The position numbers were made by a program, and so were the translations under genes. Shown here piece by piece: positions 41,390-50,116 of a stretch of 64,000 nucleotides of DNA. Source of the DNA: an uncultured bacterium (GTDB taxonomy: Bacteria > Hydrogenedentota > Hydrogenedentia > Hydrogenedentales > JAEUWI01); the NCBI GenBank assembly GCA_963977445.1, contig CAXBPH010000003.1:9964-73963 (forward strand), in the 5' to 3' direction. Positions within the stretch are counted from its first letter, which is position 1. The number at the start of each line of letters is the position of its first letter. Below the pieces are notes generated by a model. That model was not told the DNA's origin and did not search any database. It worked only from the letters and a program-made list of their open reading frames with translations.

Positions 41390-42490
41390 GTGCGAGTCCT
41401 CTTCAATGCCATGCAGGCAGGCAACCAGAGCGGCACCGGGCGCTATGTGGAGGAACTCCTCCCTGCCCTCGCGGCCCTGGAGGATGCGCCCGAGTTCACG
41501 GTCGTCTGGCCGGAAGACGTGCCCCTGCCCGCAGGAAGCGACCGGCTGGAAATACGCCTCCAGCCCCGGGGACTGCGCCACCGTTTGGCCCTGGAGCGAC
41601 GTCTTTACACGATGGCGGGGCAATTTGATGTCGTCCACTACCCCGCGACCATCGGCCCCCTGTGGCGCAAACCCAACCTGGTCATCACGGTACACGATTG
41701 TATTTTTCTCCACCACCCCGAGTGGTTCCGCAGAGAACGGGCTCTCTATTATCGATGGGCCGGAGCCTGGAGCATAGGGCGGGCCGCCCACCTTATTGCA
41801 GATTCAACGCATACCGCCCGGGATCTGGAGGCTTGGCTGTCCCCTCCCCCACCGAATATCACCACCATTCCCCTGGGCGTAAGCGAGTCCTTTCGGCCGC
41901 AGGGCGCGGATGCTGTGGAGCGCGTCCGGAAACGCTATCAACTTCCTGAACGCTTCTTCCTCTACGTCGGCACCCTCGAACCCCGCAAAAATCTTGCCCG
42001 TATCGTCCGCGCCTGGGATCAGGTTGCCGCCACCCTGCCCGAAGACCTGGTTATCGCGGGGCGGATCGGTTGGAAAACCGGCGAACTGGAGGGAGCCATA
42101 GCCGCTGCGACGCACCAGGACCGCATCCACTGCCCCGGCTTCATTGAGTCCTCCGACCTGCCCGCGCTACTCTCCGCCGCCCACGCCTTCGTCTGGCCCA
42201 GCCTCTACGAAGGCTTCGGCCTGCCCGTGCTGGAGGCCATGGCCTGCGGCACCCCGGTCATCACCGCCAACACCACGAGCCTCCTGGAAATTGCAGACGG
42301 CGCGGCTCTCACTGTAGATCCTCGGGATGAAGGAGCCCTCGCCCGGGCGTTAACCCAAATCTCGACGGATGGGGACCTTCACCGCACACTCGGAACGGCG
42401 GGACGTAAACGGGCTGATGAATTCACCTGGCAGCGTTGTGCCCAGGAAACCCGGGCGGTCTATGCCACGGTGGCCAACGCCCGCATCTGA
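41390..42490 (+). CDS. Glycosyltransferase family 4
   Basis: 'YVGTLEPRKN', 'PSLYEGFGLPVLEAMACGTPV'. Confidence 0.92.
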   Translation: MRVLFNAMQAGNQSGTGRYVEELLPALAALEDAPEFTVVWPEDVPLPAGSDRLEIRLQPRGLRHRLALERRLYTMAGQFDVVHYPATIGPLWRKPNLVITVHDCIFLHHPEWFRRERALYYRWAGAWSIGRAAHLIADSTHTARDLEAWLSPPPPNITTIPLGVSESFRPQGADAVERVRKRYQLPERFFLYVGTLEPRKNLARIVRAWDQVAATLPEDLVIAGRIGWKTGELEGAIAAATHQDRIHCPGFIESSDLPALLSAAHAFVWPSLYEGFGLPVLEAMACGTPVITANTTSLLEIADGAALTVDPRDEGALARALTQISTDGDLHRTLGTAGRKRADEFTWQRCAQETRAVYATVANARI

Positions 42491-42724
42491 GCCCCACACG
42501 GGCCATCCGGAGCCCTTGGGCGGACCCCAAGTCGTCCTGCATGCCGCCAACGTGGGATATCTACAGAAGAAACGAATCCCGGCCTATCACAGATTTTTTG
42601 CCGCAAGAGAACGCAAAGAGCGCAAAGGATTCACTTCTTTGCGATCGCTTGCGGCCAATACCATTGTCCCTGCGTTTATAATCGCCAAGGGTGTCGGCTT
42701 CAACGGTATTAGTCCATGAACCCC

Positions 42725-42775
42725 AAAAAAAAACGACGCGCTTCGGAGGGCCAAGGCTCTCACAAAGCGCGTCGT
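42725..42775 (-). terminator. Terminator of the Cys-repeat gene
   Basis: ACGACGCGCTT...AAGCGCGTCGT stem followed by about 9 T on the minus strand. Confidence 0.7.
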
Positions 42776-42798
42776 AGAATTACGAACCGATATTGAAA

Positions 42799-43608
42799 TT
42801 AGACGGCGTCGGAAACGATTTTCTTTCCGGTAACCGGGCAAACTTTGGCTTCACCTTCGGAAGAAGCGGCTTTGGCCTTGTCACACTCAGACTTGGCTTT
42901 GTCGCAGGTCTTGGCTTCGCCTTCGGAAGAAGCAGCCTTGGCCTTGTCACACTCAGCTTTCGCTTTGTCACAAGTCTTGGCTTCACCTTCGGAAGAAGCA
43001 GCCTTGGCCTTGTCACAAGCGGACTTGGGGCATTCGCCTTCAGAGGAAGCAGCCTTCGCTTTGTCACAGGTCTTGGCTTCACCTTCAGAAGAAGCGGCTT
43101 TGGCCTTGTCACACTCAGACGTGGCTTTGTCACAGGTCTTGGCTTCGCCTTCGGAAGAAGCAGCCTTGGCCTTGTCACAGGTCTTGGCTTCACCTTCGGA
43201 AGAAGCGGCCTTCGCTTTATCGCACTGCTTCGCTTCACCTTCGGAGGAAGCAGCCTTGGCTACCTTCGTCTTGCAGCAGCTGGACGCTTCACCTTCAGAG
43301 GAAGCCGCCAACGCCTTATCGAAGGTCGCCTGCCGGTCGGCGATCAGCTTGGCTTTCTTTTCGCATGGCTGAAAGGCATCTTCATTCGCTGCGGAAACCG
43401 TCTGCATGCCGAAGAAGGAGGCAACACTGTTCTTAGCACTCGTGATGGCGCAGGAACCTGATGCTCCGTTGTTCGCAACAACGCCAGCAGTCGCCACGCC
43501 GGATACGACGACCATAGCAGCAACGAAGGATGCCCATTTGCCTTTGTTACGTTTCGGTGCTTGAGCCGTTTCTTCGGTCACAAGCTCTTCCTGATGTTCT
43601 TCGTTCAT
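42799..43608 (-). CDS. Membrane-anchored Cys/Ala/Lys/Glu-rich repeat protein
   Basis: One N-terminal hydrophobic helix, nine AASSEGE-containing units, 16 Cys; GGAG RBS before ATG 43608; own terminator. Confidence 0.75.
   Translation of the reverse strand: MNEEHQEELVTEETAQAPKRNKGKWASFVAAMVVVSGVATAGVVANNGASGSCAITSAKNSVASFFGMQTVSAANEDAFQPCEKKAKLIADRQATFDKALAASSEGEASSCCKTKVAKAASSEGEAKQCDKAKAASSEGEAKTCDKAKAASSEGEAKTCDKATSECDKAKAASSEGEAKTCDKAKAASSEGECPKSACDKAKAASSEGEAKTCDKAKAECDKAKAASSEGEAKTCDKAKSECDKAKAASSEGEAKVCPVTGKKIVSDAV
42846..43305 (-). repeat. Coding tandem repeat (45-bp units with 21-bp interspersed units)
   Basis: Recurrent ...ttggcttcaccttcggaagaagcagccttggccttgtcaca..., varying mainly at codon third positions. 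Confidence 0.85.
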
Positions 43609-44127
43609 TGAATATTGCTCCACAAGTGTTTAAATAAGTTACCCATGCAATCTACACGATAAACATAGATTCAAAATTGACCCGATTTCATGTCAAAACC
43701 TGGAATTATTCGTAGGGTTCAGCATAACAAAAACTCCGCCACTTCGCAATCCTGTCGAAGCGCGCATTTCCACGAACCCGAAAGAAATGAAAACAACCTA
43801 ACCATCTCAATTTAAAGGCGTTACATAAAGTGTGTCTTTAACCCACAATCGCTGGAACGGCTACGTCGTCAGCTCACCAAGTTTCAATGCAGTGCAATTT
43901 GTCCGAAAAATCGCTGAAAACAGGTTGGTTGGCCGAGAACATTCATGAAATAACTGCCCCATAGGCCATGCCCCCACGAAGCCCCGACTCAACCGGTATT
44001 TTGCCGACTTCCGACGATGTTGCCGATGTTTTTGAGGAAGTGGTGGCGGAGTCTTGTGCGGGTGTCTTGGTGGCTTGGGTCGTTGTCGGTCATCGTCGGC
44101 TGCCTTTTAAGATTGCCGAAAAGGGGC

Positions 44128-44331
44128 CTACTCTGCGGGATGCGCAGCCGTGATCGCGACGGGCTCCGAGGCCTCGCGGCTCTTGCGCATGAGTTCCTGG
44201 TCGATCATGCCAAGTTCGGCGGCCAAACCGGCTGCGGCTACGGACAGGCAGGTTTCTTCCACTTCCGCCGCGTGGCGCATCCATTCGGGAAAAGGAAACG
44301 CATCACTTGTGCTATTCATATCCATGGTCAT
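44128..44331 (-). CDS. Small hypothetical protein coupled to the GNAT gene (possibly truncated)
   Basis: ATGA overlap with the upstream GNAT stop; 67 aa. Confidence 0.45.
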   Translation of the reverse strand: MTMDMNSTSDAFPFPEWMRHAAEVEETCLSVAAAGLAAELGMIDQELMRKSREASEPVAITAAHPAE

Positions 44332-44894
44332 AGGTGCCTTTCCAGAATTCTCTCTGCATTGTCGCGCGAAAGTTCAAAGTACGTCAAGTTTTCGAAATCC
44401 ACGTCAGGGCCCAACGGTGTCATCCAACACGCCCCTCCGTAGAAGGGTACGGACTGCGGCAAGGCATGTAGGCCCACTCGACCTCCAAAGCCTTCGTCCC
44501 AGCTTTGCCGGACGGCGCGCTCGAACAGGTGGGGACCAATCAGGCCGTATTTTCGCGTTTGCCCGATACCTGGAATGGTCCAGTTCCAAGGGGCGACTTC
44601 CAGGAAGTCTATATATACCAGCGGCTTGCCATGATCTTCGCCGAGTTGGGAGAAATGTGTCCCAGACTTGGTCAGCATGGCACCCTGCCATTCGTCGTCA
44701 CAGACCACGGCGAATCCAGATGCAGGAACCAGGCGCAGGTGCTGCGCCTTGGCCCGCCAGTTCCAGTTGAGGCTCTGGGGTCGCTCGGAATAGGGAAGAC
44801 CCGCGCGGGCTATTTCGAGAAGGATGCGGGAGCGTTCTGGAGTCCACACCGATTCCAGTGTCAGCAGGTCTTCAGGCGCGACGAGGAGGGCCAA
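44328..44894 (-). CDS. GNAT-fold acetyltransferase-like protein, probably 5'-truncated
   Basis: 'LVYIDFLEVAPWN...GLIGPHLFERAVRQS...GRVGLHALPQSVPFY'; TTG start without RBS and an in-frame stop just upstream. Confidence 0.6.
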   Translation of the reverse strand: MALLVAPEDLLTLESVWTPERSRILLEIARAGLPYSERPQSLNWNWRAKAQHLRLVPASGFAVVCDDEWQGAMLTKSGTHFSQLGEDHGKPLVYIDFLEVAPWNWTIPGIGQTRKYGLIGPHLFERAVRQSWDEGFGGRVGLHALPQSVPFYGGACWMTPLGPDVDFENLTYFELSRDNAERILERHL

Positions 44895-44913
44895 GCTGTT
44901 CTGCCTTCACGGC

Positions 44914-45297
44914 CTACTCACCCGTTGCGATGGCACTGGCGAAAGCGATTCCGCTCGAATAGCTAATACTCACATGCCAATCTAAGATACCGAGCTCATC
45001 AGAAAACTTTGCCACGTCATGATTTAGCCTTACATATGGAGCCCCGTTCTTCCCCCGAAGAATTTCTATTCCATGCCACGTTATTTTTCCAGAAAACCCA
45101 GTACCAAGAGCCTTTGCGATGGCCTCCTTTGCGGCGTATCTACCTGCATAGTAACGATAGTGGGCTGGGGGAGGGTCGGCGGCTTCTCGCTCGTCTATTG
45201 AGCAAAAGCAATTGACCCAGCTATTCGTACCTGAGTCAATTTCATTTCTTATACGTTGAATTCTTTCAATATCGATTCCGTGACCAATGATTCGCAT
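44914..45297 (-). CDS. acpS: AcpS-type 4'-phosphopantetheinyl transferase
   Basis: 'IIGHGIDIERIQRI', 'AGRYAAKEAIAKALGTG', 'GAPYV', 'VSISYS'. Confidence 0.88.
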   Translation of the reverse strand: MRIIGHGIDIERIQRIRNEIDSGTNSWVNCFCSIDEREAADPPPAHYRYYAGRYAAKEAIAKALGTGFSGKITWHGIEILRGKNGAPYVRLNHDVAKFSDELGILDWHVSISYSSGIAFASAIATGE

Positions 45298-45305
45298 GCA
45301 TCCCC

Positions 45306-47189
45306 CTATTTTATTTCTCGAACTACGATATCTCTCTTGTCAAGATCCAGGTCAACAGTTCCGCCTCCACGAGATTTCAACTCTCTCCAAACTTTGAAGC
45401 CCTGCAGGATAGCGCGTTCCCATTCTCCCGTTGTGCATGCTGACACCTCAAGATGAAGGACGGTATTCTTTATCATTCGTAACAATTCACTACTGACCGA
45501 CAATTTACCCTCTAGGAAGTTGTAGTCACGAGCGTAGGCAAAAATCATTGCCGATAGTGCCTCTTCCGTGACAATCGCCCTTGCACCATCTTCCACTTCG
45601 TCAACTTTCGGATCACTCTTTCGCTTCGCTGTGAACATTTTCCTGACGAGTGGAGACCAACCTAGAACCGCAGCGAAAGACAAATGGATTACATCGTGGA
45701 GTCCGTAACCATCGTTCTCGTAAGCGTTGTCAGTCAAGTCATCACCAAACTGCTGACCCTTGTACATCACCCGTATTTTTGGGTTGTTGAATTCGTCATG
45801 GTATGTGCTGAAATCGAGTGAAAAACTACGTGGAAATTGTTCATTTTCGGGATATCCTGCATCGAACGGAGTTCGCGAAGGTAACGTGCCCCACCGTTCA
45901 TCACATTTCGCCAAGTTAAGCTCGGCGATCTCCTTCAGATCGAGATTAAACTTCGTGGCGACGTTTGCCACATACCACAGCAAGTCTCCGAGTTCCTCGC
46001 TTAAGCGGTCCTTAAACAATTTATGCGTGTCACCGTCCCGAAGATATTTCTTGTATTCACTCAACAATTCACCGGATTCGCTTGCGAGGCCCAACAGAGG
46101 AATCGTTAGCGAAGACTCGTCCACACCGGGATTTTGATCTGTCCCGGCAACTTTCTCTTGGTATTTGCCCATATCCATGGCTCTTGTCTCCAGGTTCACC
46201 CCCGTACTCGATCGATTTTCTTCGTTTGAGCTGGTACGGCTGATTAATTCGTTTATGCCCCACTTGGGTGGGTACCAATAGTCGATTGGTTCTAAAATAG
46301 GCTTCAGCTTCTGCTTTATGCGACTTCGCCCTGATTTTCCGACGAATTCTGGATGTACAACTCGCGCGTACTTGTCTACTTCACAAAACAGGTTTTGGCA
46401 ATCAATCAATTGAAGCGGCCTTCCCCATAAGTCGGAAAAATCTATGCCCAGTCGATTAAATTCCTCATCCTGCCTCTCGGTCACCCACCGGATTATTTGT
46501 GCAGTATCCTTCTTTCCCGGGTTTAGAAAGCACTTCTGGATTCCATCGAGTGCTCCGGGGCCTGCGACCACAAAGTCCATTTCAGAGAAGTTAATGATGG
46601 TGCTGTAGTTCAAATCGGTAACATACTGATAGGCTAGAAAGTTGCCTATCCCAGGTGATGACCGCATTGATTCGAACGCCTCTTCCATGGACTCCGAATC
46701 AGCAATTCGTTTCGGTAGCTCCGAAGACATCATGTATTCAAGTAACTTAAGATGGTTCTGGTGTTTGAATGTTAGCGAAAATTTTCGGACGGAGGGCATT
46801 ATATAGGCTGCGGAATAGATCCGCTGGCCTCGCGTCATCGCCTGACTTAAGACACGGTCATATGCCTTGTATGAGTAATCGGCGTATGTGAGATGGCCAA
46901 GCTCATTCTCAAGTAGTTTCCATGTATCGATGCGATTGAAAAGTTTGAATAGAATTATGCGAAAAAACACTTCAGCTGGATGAGTCGGGAGGTCTTCGTT
47001 GTATATTACGTTCCTAATGAGATATTGGCTCACTCTGTCAGAGGCTCTGTAGGCGTTCGTGAATTTGTGGTTTTGAAGCACAGCGTCATCCGTCCACGGA
47101 AGAGGGCGCTTACTTATTCGTCGAAAGAAGATTCTCTGTCGCTCGGCGGCGAATTTCCAATACGTATCGTATACAGGAGTAGTTTTCAT
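45306..47189 (-). CDS. aGPT-Pplase1 / 5-hmdU DNA kinase-like helical domain fused to MazG-like NTP pyrophosphatase and MazG C-terminal domain
   Basis: N-terminal 'YWKFAAERQRIF...PWTDDAVLQNHKFTNAYRASDRVSQYLI', HhH-like 'PGIGNFLAYQYVTDLNYS', 'GPGALDG', 'DCQNLFCEVDKY'; C-terminal 'LGLASESGELLSEYKK...EELGDLLWYVANVA', 'GDDLTDNAY..DGY..HDVIH', 'DEVEDGARA...EE'. Confidence 0.8.
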   Translation of the reverse strand: MKTTPVYDTYWKFAAERQRIFFRRISKRPLPWTDDAVLQNHKFTNAYRASDRVSQYLIRNVIYNEDLPTHPAEVFFRIILFKLFNRIDTWKLLENELGHLTYADYSYKAYDRVLSQAMTRGQRIYSAAYIMPSVRKFSLTFKHQNHLKLLEYMMSSELPKRIADSESMEEAFESMRSSPGIGNFLAYQYVTDLNYSTIINFSEMDFVVAGPGALDGIQKCFLNPGKKDTAQIIRWVTERQDEEFNRLGIDFSDLWGRPLQLIDCQNLFCEVDKYARVVHPEFVGKSGRSRIKQKLKPILEPIDYWYPPKWGINELISRTSSNEENRSSTGVNLETRAMDMGKYQEKVAGTDQNPGVDESSLTIPLLGLASESGELLSEYKKYLRDGDTHKLFKDRLSEELGDLLWYVANVATKFNLDLKEIAELNLAKCDERWGTLPSRTPFDAGYPENEQFPRSFSLDFSTYHDEFNNPKIRVMYKGQQFGDDLTDNAYENDGYGLHDVIHLSFAAVLGWSPLVRKMFTAKRKSDPKVDEVEDGARAIVTEEALSAMIFAYARDYNFLEGKLSVSSELLRMIKNTVLHLEVSACTTGEWERAILQGFKVWRELKSRGGGTVDLDLDKRDIVVREIK

Positions 47190-47237
47190 ATTAACCGGCC
47201 GAAAGTATACGAGTACAGTGGAGTCATTTTTGTCTTT

Positions 47238-48062
47238 CTAAAAATCGTCATGAATAGGCTCGGAAACTGTGCTCGTCACAGATTTGCAAAGTATTTTGTT
47301 AGAGCGCGTGATCAAGTCACGTGCATTGCGTACCCCCCAAGGAAATTGTTTTGAATCCTTAATTCTGGCTGGGCCTTTATCAATTTCGGCATGTGTGGAG
47401 ACACAGGTGAGCGAACCGACGGTTAGGCCAGCTCGCTCTGCCACAAACGCCTGAAGTTGCCCCAAACCGATTAGATTGCCAAGGCACCGAGATATGTACG
47501 TGTGGTTACGGTACATTGCTGTAAGCATCAAGCCCTTGTTTGGATGACATTTAAAGCTCAAAAAACTGAGGCATTGTCCCCCCCATCGACTACGCCCATC
47601 CTCCAAGGGATCGTAAACCGCTAGCTCATATGCCGACTTGAACTTCTGACCACCATTCTCGCGTTCTTGTAGCTTACCGATCAGCTGTTCTAGTGGATTG
47701 TATGTCTTGCCGAGCCTAGTCTGATGCCTGGTCATTCGCTCAAAGTACCTACCCCAGCGCCGGGTCTTCGTCAGTCTATCGAACGCTTCATGGTATTTCT
47801 CGTAGAACACCGGAGCCCCGTGCTGATTGTAGAGTGATTGGGGAAAAATCGTGTTACAGACCGTGGATATGGGGTAGCAATCGTACTTTCGTAGAAAATC
47901 GTCTACCTCTGAAATGATTTCATTGTCAGTTGAATCGAACGATACGGGATTTTCTACATCAACAATAACGTTGTATCCCTCATCATTGTGCTTCATGATC
48001 TCCATTGCAGCCGCTACCCACGCTCGCGCACAACTCTTCTGTGTCGGGATGGCGATGTACAT
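47238..48062 (-). CDS. Divergent thymidylate-synthase-fold protein
   Basis: 'GGQCLSFLSF' (catalytic Cys position), 'LMLTAMYRNH', 'LGNLIGL', 'GSLTCVSTHAEI' in TS motif order. Confidence 0.72.
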   Translation of the reverse strand: MYIAIPTQKSCARAWVAAAMEIMKHNDEGYNVIVDVENPVSFDSTDNEIISEVDDFLRKYDCYPISTVCNTIFPQSLYNQHGAPVFYEKYHEAFDRLTKTRRWGRYFERMTRHQTRLGKTYNPLEQLIGKLQERENGGQKFKSAYELAVYDPLEDGRSRWGGQCLSFLSFKCHPNKGLMLTAMYRNHTYISRCLGNLIGLGQLQAFVAERAGLTVGSLTCVSTHAEIDKGPARIKDSKQFPWGVRNARDLITRSNKILCKSVTSTVSEPIHDDF

Positions 48063-48074
48063 AGAAAGGTCTCC

Positions 48075-48722
48075 CTAATGCGTAATAAATGCGGAAAAGA
48101 TTCGCGACCCGAGATAACGTTTGCTCAACCAGGCGTAGCCATGAAGGCCCCAGGATTCACCCCAACTGTTTCTGATAGCGATATACTTTTCGCTGTTTTT
48201 CGTAGCTGTTGCGACGGCAACAACAGCGTGTCGTCGAACCGGGTCGATAGGCTCAGTTGAATCAACGATTCCAACGTTGTCCGGGGTATAGAACGCATCT
48301 GAGAACGACATCGCGAGGACGACGGGCTTGTCGGTTTGGATGCAGTCCCAAACGGCGTCAAATGTGGCGGTTAAGGCGCTAGTATGGCATTGGAAAAGTT
48401 GCCCTACGTTGTTGGGAGGCTTCCAGTGCGAAATTGGGCTTGGCAATGCCTTGAGGTAGGGCCAGGCGAGTTCGTTCGGTTGCCCGTCCCCAGTTAATGC
48501 AGAGCATACCCCCGGAATGGAAACACCCAAATCTGGAGAGCTTCTCTCCCACTTTATCGCGTAGTAGTATAGGTACTCACACGACAAGGGTTGCCAATTC
48601 CTCTCCAGTGCGGCGGAATGTGCGTCGCTCGTGGCGAACGCCAGGCATGTCGGGCGCGCTCCTTGATCGCGAGCGCTGCCAAAATATGGTCGTAGGTCGT
48701 GACGGATAATCATCGAACTCAT
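48075..48722 (-). CDS. Papain-like (C1) cysteine peptidase, no signal peptide
   Basis: 'RDQGARPTCLAFA' (Gln, Cys), 'RHAVVAV' (His), 'IRNSWGESWGLHGYAW' (Asn). Confidence 0.88.
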   Translation of the reverse strand: MSSMIIRHDLRPYFGSARDQGARPTCLAFATSDAHSAALERNWQPLSCEYLYYYAIKWERSSPDLGVSIPGVCSALTGDGQPNELAWPYLKALPSPISHWKPPNNVGQLFQCHTSALTATFDAVWDCIQTDKPVVLAMSFSDAFYTPDNVGIVDSTEPIDPVRRHAVVAVATATKNSEKYIAIRNSWGESWGLHGYAWLSKRYLGSRIFSAFITH

Positions 48723-49732
48723 GGGCGACTCAACATTGCTTGGCGTTGAGCTGGCAGGAGGCCGGTTTGTAGTGGTCCTGTCAAGTTTACATCAAATTCG
48801 AGCGACTGTAGAGATTCATCATCTGAGAGCCATGGTCGCTGTTCACGAAGATTCACGTGACCGAGTGCCGACTGCTCCGGTTCAGCCACGATCTTACGTT
48901 CGACAATACTACCGATTGCATTTTCAGTCGAGCGGGCCTCTCGGATGTCCTCAACTATTTTGAGGCCGACTTTGGAGAGACTGTCAAACGACCACATGTA
49001 CCCTGATGAAGCGTGTTCGATCAGCTCGAGAATCACGATGTCGTGCGCGCTTCCTTCAATTAGGAGCCTTTGATCGCCCATGCCAAGCACCCATATATCC
49101 GCATACCATGATTCTGGGGTGTGCTGTTTGGTGAGCTGCTGCTTGATAGATTTTGGTTGGGTTTTGAGCAGGGAGTCTCGTACTGATTTCGAAATCGCAT
49201 TGTGCTTGAGGAGCGCATGACAAGTCGCCGCATAGCTTGACCCCATCCGTAAGGCCAATTGGTAGACTATTTTCGGAGACGTTAGGTCTGAGCTCGCCCA
49301 CCCTTGTTGACCCATGTGGTGCGTGATTAGCCATTTCGGTGTAAGCAGTTCGGAGGCAAACGCATTTGCCTGCAGTTCTATGAGATCAAGAGCTGCCCCG
49401 CTCTCAAACGGAGTTCGGTTTAGCCTGGATTCGTCATCTAGACTAGACGAGTGCCCCATGACCGCGTGACCCAATTCGTGTGCTGCCGTGAAGCGCTGTA
49501 CGGAAAGGGGGCGTTGTGTGGTCAACAGAACTCCAGATCCATTTTCTTCCAAATAGCATCCGAGCAGCCCCTTCATCGGTTGGAACATGACAGGTATGTC
49601 GAGAGCTGCGAGAAGTCCAAACACATCGATGCGTCCCACCCCACTCTTTACCTTTTTTTTGACACCATGGCTAGCATGTAATCGGTTAGCAGCAAGAGCC
49701 GCCTCGAGTATAGCCTTACGAACGTCTGGCAT
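48719..49732 (-). CDS. ImmA/IrrE-family Zn metallopeptidase with a C-terminal chagasin (I42)-like domain
   Basis: 'QRFTAAHELGH', 'ELQANAFASELL'; C-terminal 'LELIEHASSGYMW...IGS...LREQRPW'. Confidence 0.82.
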   Translation of the reverse strand: MPDVRKAILEAALAANRLHASHGVKKKVKSGVGRIDVFGLLAALDIPVMFQPMKGLLGCYLEENGSGVLLTTQRPLSVQRFTAAHELGHAVMGHSSSLDDESRLNRTPFESGAALDLIELQANAFASELLTPKWLITHHMGQQGWASSDLTSPKIVYQLALRMGSSYAATCHALLKHNAISKSVRDSLLKTQPKSIKQQLTKQHTPESWYADIWVLGMGDQRLLIEGSAHDIVILELIEHASSGYMWSFDSLSKVGLKIVEDIREARSTENAIGSIVERKIVAEPEQSALGHVNLREQRPWLSDDESLQSLEFDVNLTGPLQTGLLPAQRQAMLSRP

Positions 49733-49735
49733 AGG

Positions 49736-50116
49736 TCAGCCCCCTTTTTGCGCTTTCCTCGATTTCAAGAATTCTGCGAATCTGGCGAGTTCGCTGCGAT
49801 CTTCCGGGGCCAATTCAGATACCTGCCGTGCCAGATGAGCGACTTCCTTGTCAACTGGATGCGTGTCAGCGGTTTCACCGGTAAAAAAGTTCAGAGACCT
49901 CCCGTAGAGTTCGGCTAATTTCTTGAGTTCAAACACTTCAACTTTCCTCAGCCCTGCTTCCATCAAAGATAGCGCGGAACGAGAAGTACCTACTTTCGTG
50001 GCTATTTCGTTCTGGGAGAATCCAACATACTCTCGGGCTTCACGTAGCCGGTCACCAAGTACCTTTCTATCGCTATCACCTTCAACTTTTTTATTGTTGG
50101 GAGCTCTACTACTCAT
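49736..50116 (-). CDS. XRE-family HTH transcriptional regulator
   Basis: 'LGDRLREAREYVGFSQNEIATKVGTSRSALSLMEAGLRKV'; ATGA overlap with the upstream gene. Confidence 0.9.
   Translation of the reverse strand: MSSRAPNNKKVEGDSDRKVLGDRLREAREYVGFSQNEIATKVGTSRSALSLMEAGLRKVEVFELKKLAELYGRSLNFFTGETADTHPVDKEVAHLARQVSELAPEDRSELARFAEFLKSRKAQKGG

Noticed and set aside
42846..43305. Regular repeat array that could be mistaken for CRISPR
   Set aside because: Units are multiples of 3, lack unique spacers, vary at synonymous positions and lie in an ORF with RBS and terminator; no cas genes in the window.
44914..45297. Housekeeping acpS
   Set aside because: It lies in the AT-richer cassette, coupled to the MazG fusion, rather than in a core-gene context; an accessory copy is more likely, but the rest of the genome is needed to confirm.
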